Virus record (IMG/VR): IMGVR_UViG_3300037104_000416
Location: 1 to 35,161 of that record
Reading direction: 5' to 3' (one strand)
From: a virus
Lineage: Duplodnaviria > Caudoviricetes
Length of the DNA stretch: 35,161 nucleotides
The position numbers were made by a program, and so were the translations under genes. Under the pieces are notes generated by a model, which saw nothing but the letters and a program-made list of their open reading frames with translations, did no database searches and was not told where the DNA came from. This document shows, piece after piece, positions 34,415 through 35,161 of this stretch. Positions within the stretch are counted from its first letter, which is position 1; the number at the start of each line of letters is the position of its first letter.

Positions 34415-35143
34415 TCATACGGTCCTCTTTACGGGACCGCACCATGCTTGAGCCTTCACATCCCAATGGCGCGCAGTTCCGCCGGACCACACCGCTTCAT
34501 AGGCAGGGCCCATTTCCTTTCCACACCCCTTGCACATATACCGATCGGATGAGGTAATCTGTGCCTTGCCGTGACATTTCGGACATTTAGAGCCAACGGG
34601 TCCGCCATGCTCACCAGTTCCAGAGCACAGAGGACAGTCAATCAGGTTCCCCTTAGGCTTTTGCGGCAGAGGGCCTCCATCACTTCCAGCAAAGTCATGG
34701 TCACTCAGCGGAGGCTTCTGCGGCGGGGAGGTTCGTAGGGAGGCGGTCTCCTTTTCGTATCGGGCTGCCAGAACCCGGATGCCATTCGCAATCGACCTTG
34801 CCCGCTCGAAGGGGACACCAAACTGAGCAAGCGTATCGTATGCTCGCTTTTTCCAGTGCATATCGCGTTCGGCTTCCAAGTCCGGCGTCTCCCCCGGCGG
34901 GGCGGCGAGGGCGGCGTCGGGATATCGCTTCTTTGCCTCATCGTGGGCTTTCTCGTGAGGGGTGGGTGGCCATACAGGAGCGCTCACGGCCTCAAGGTAG
35001 CCATCGCGGAGCGGCTCCCCTTCCTCCCGAGACTAGGCCAGCAGGGCGCGGATCTCGTCAGCTACCCACGATGGAACGTCAAGCCCACGCAGGCACTTCT
35101 GAGCCAGCGCCTCAAGTCTCTCGCCGGGAACCGATTCACTCAT
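34415..35143 (-). pseudogene. Hypothetical Zn-finger protein interrupted by an in-frame TAG (or two genes)
   Basis: ATG 35143 with a strong RBS, TAG at 35033-35035, then the same frame continues into ORF 34415-34987, which has CPLCSGTG/CPKCHGK motifs. Confidence 0.45.
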
Positions 35144-35161
35144 CTCATCCTCCTCCCATCA

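Overview
The window is most of a GC-rich podovirus-type (BPP-1/epsilon15/T7-like morphogenesis) phage or prophage genome, using the standard genetic code. Positions 1-28605 form a leftward (minus-strand) block: replication initiator, DEDDh exonuclease, probable small terminase, a ParB-like gene, a large terminase split into separate ATPase and nuclease genes (with an HNH endonuclease between them), portal, scaffold, an initiator-type tRNA-Met, major capsid and cement proteins, tail adaptor and nozzle, three internal (ejection) proteins, tail fibres and a lipoprotein. A divergent control region (~28600-29230) carries operator-like palindromes and a perfect chromosomal-type parS site. A rightward early operon (29237-33339) holds a type II hammerhead ribozyme, an ArdA-like gene, two copies of a covarying two-hairpin element, an Ala-repeat protein and a Xer-like tyrosine recombinase. 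The standout feature is a non-coding dual-repeat array at 23709-24002: eight ~36-nt units of repeat1-spacer-repeat2-spacer, matching the architecture of TIGR guide-RNA arrays. It sits directly behind the ParB-like gene, and I see no Nop-domain Tas gene in the window. A promoter-driven structured RNA with anti-Shine-Dalgarno motifs complementary to early-gene ribosome binding sites lies inside the split terminase locus. All calls were made by eye from motifs and synteny; no database searches were run.
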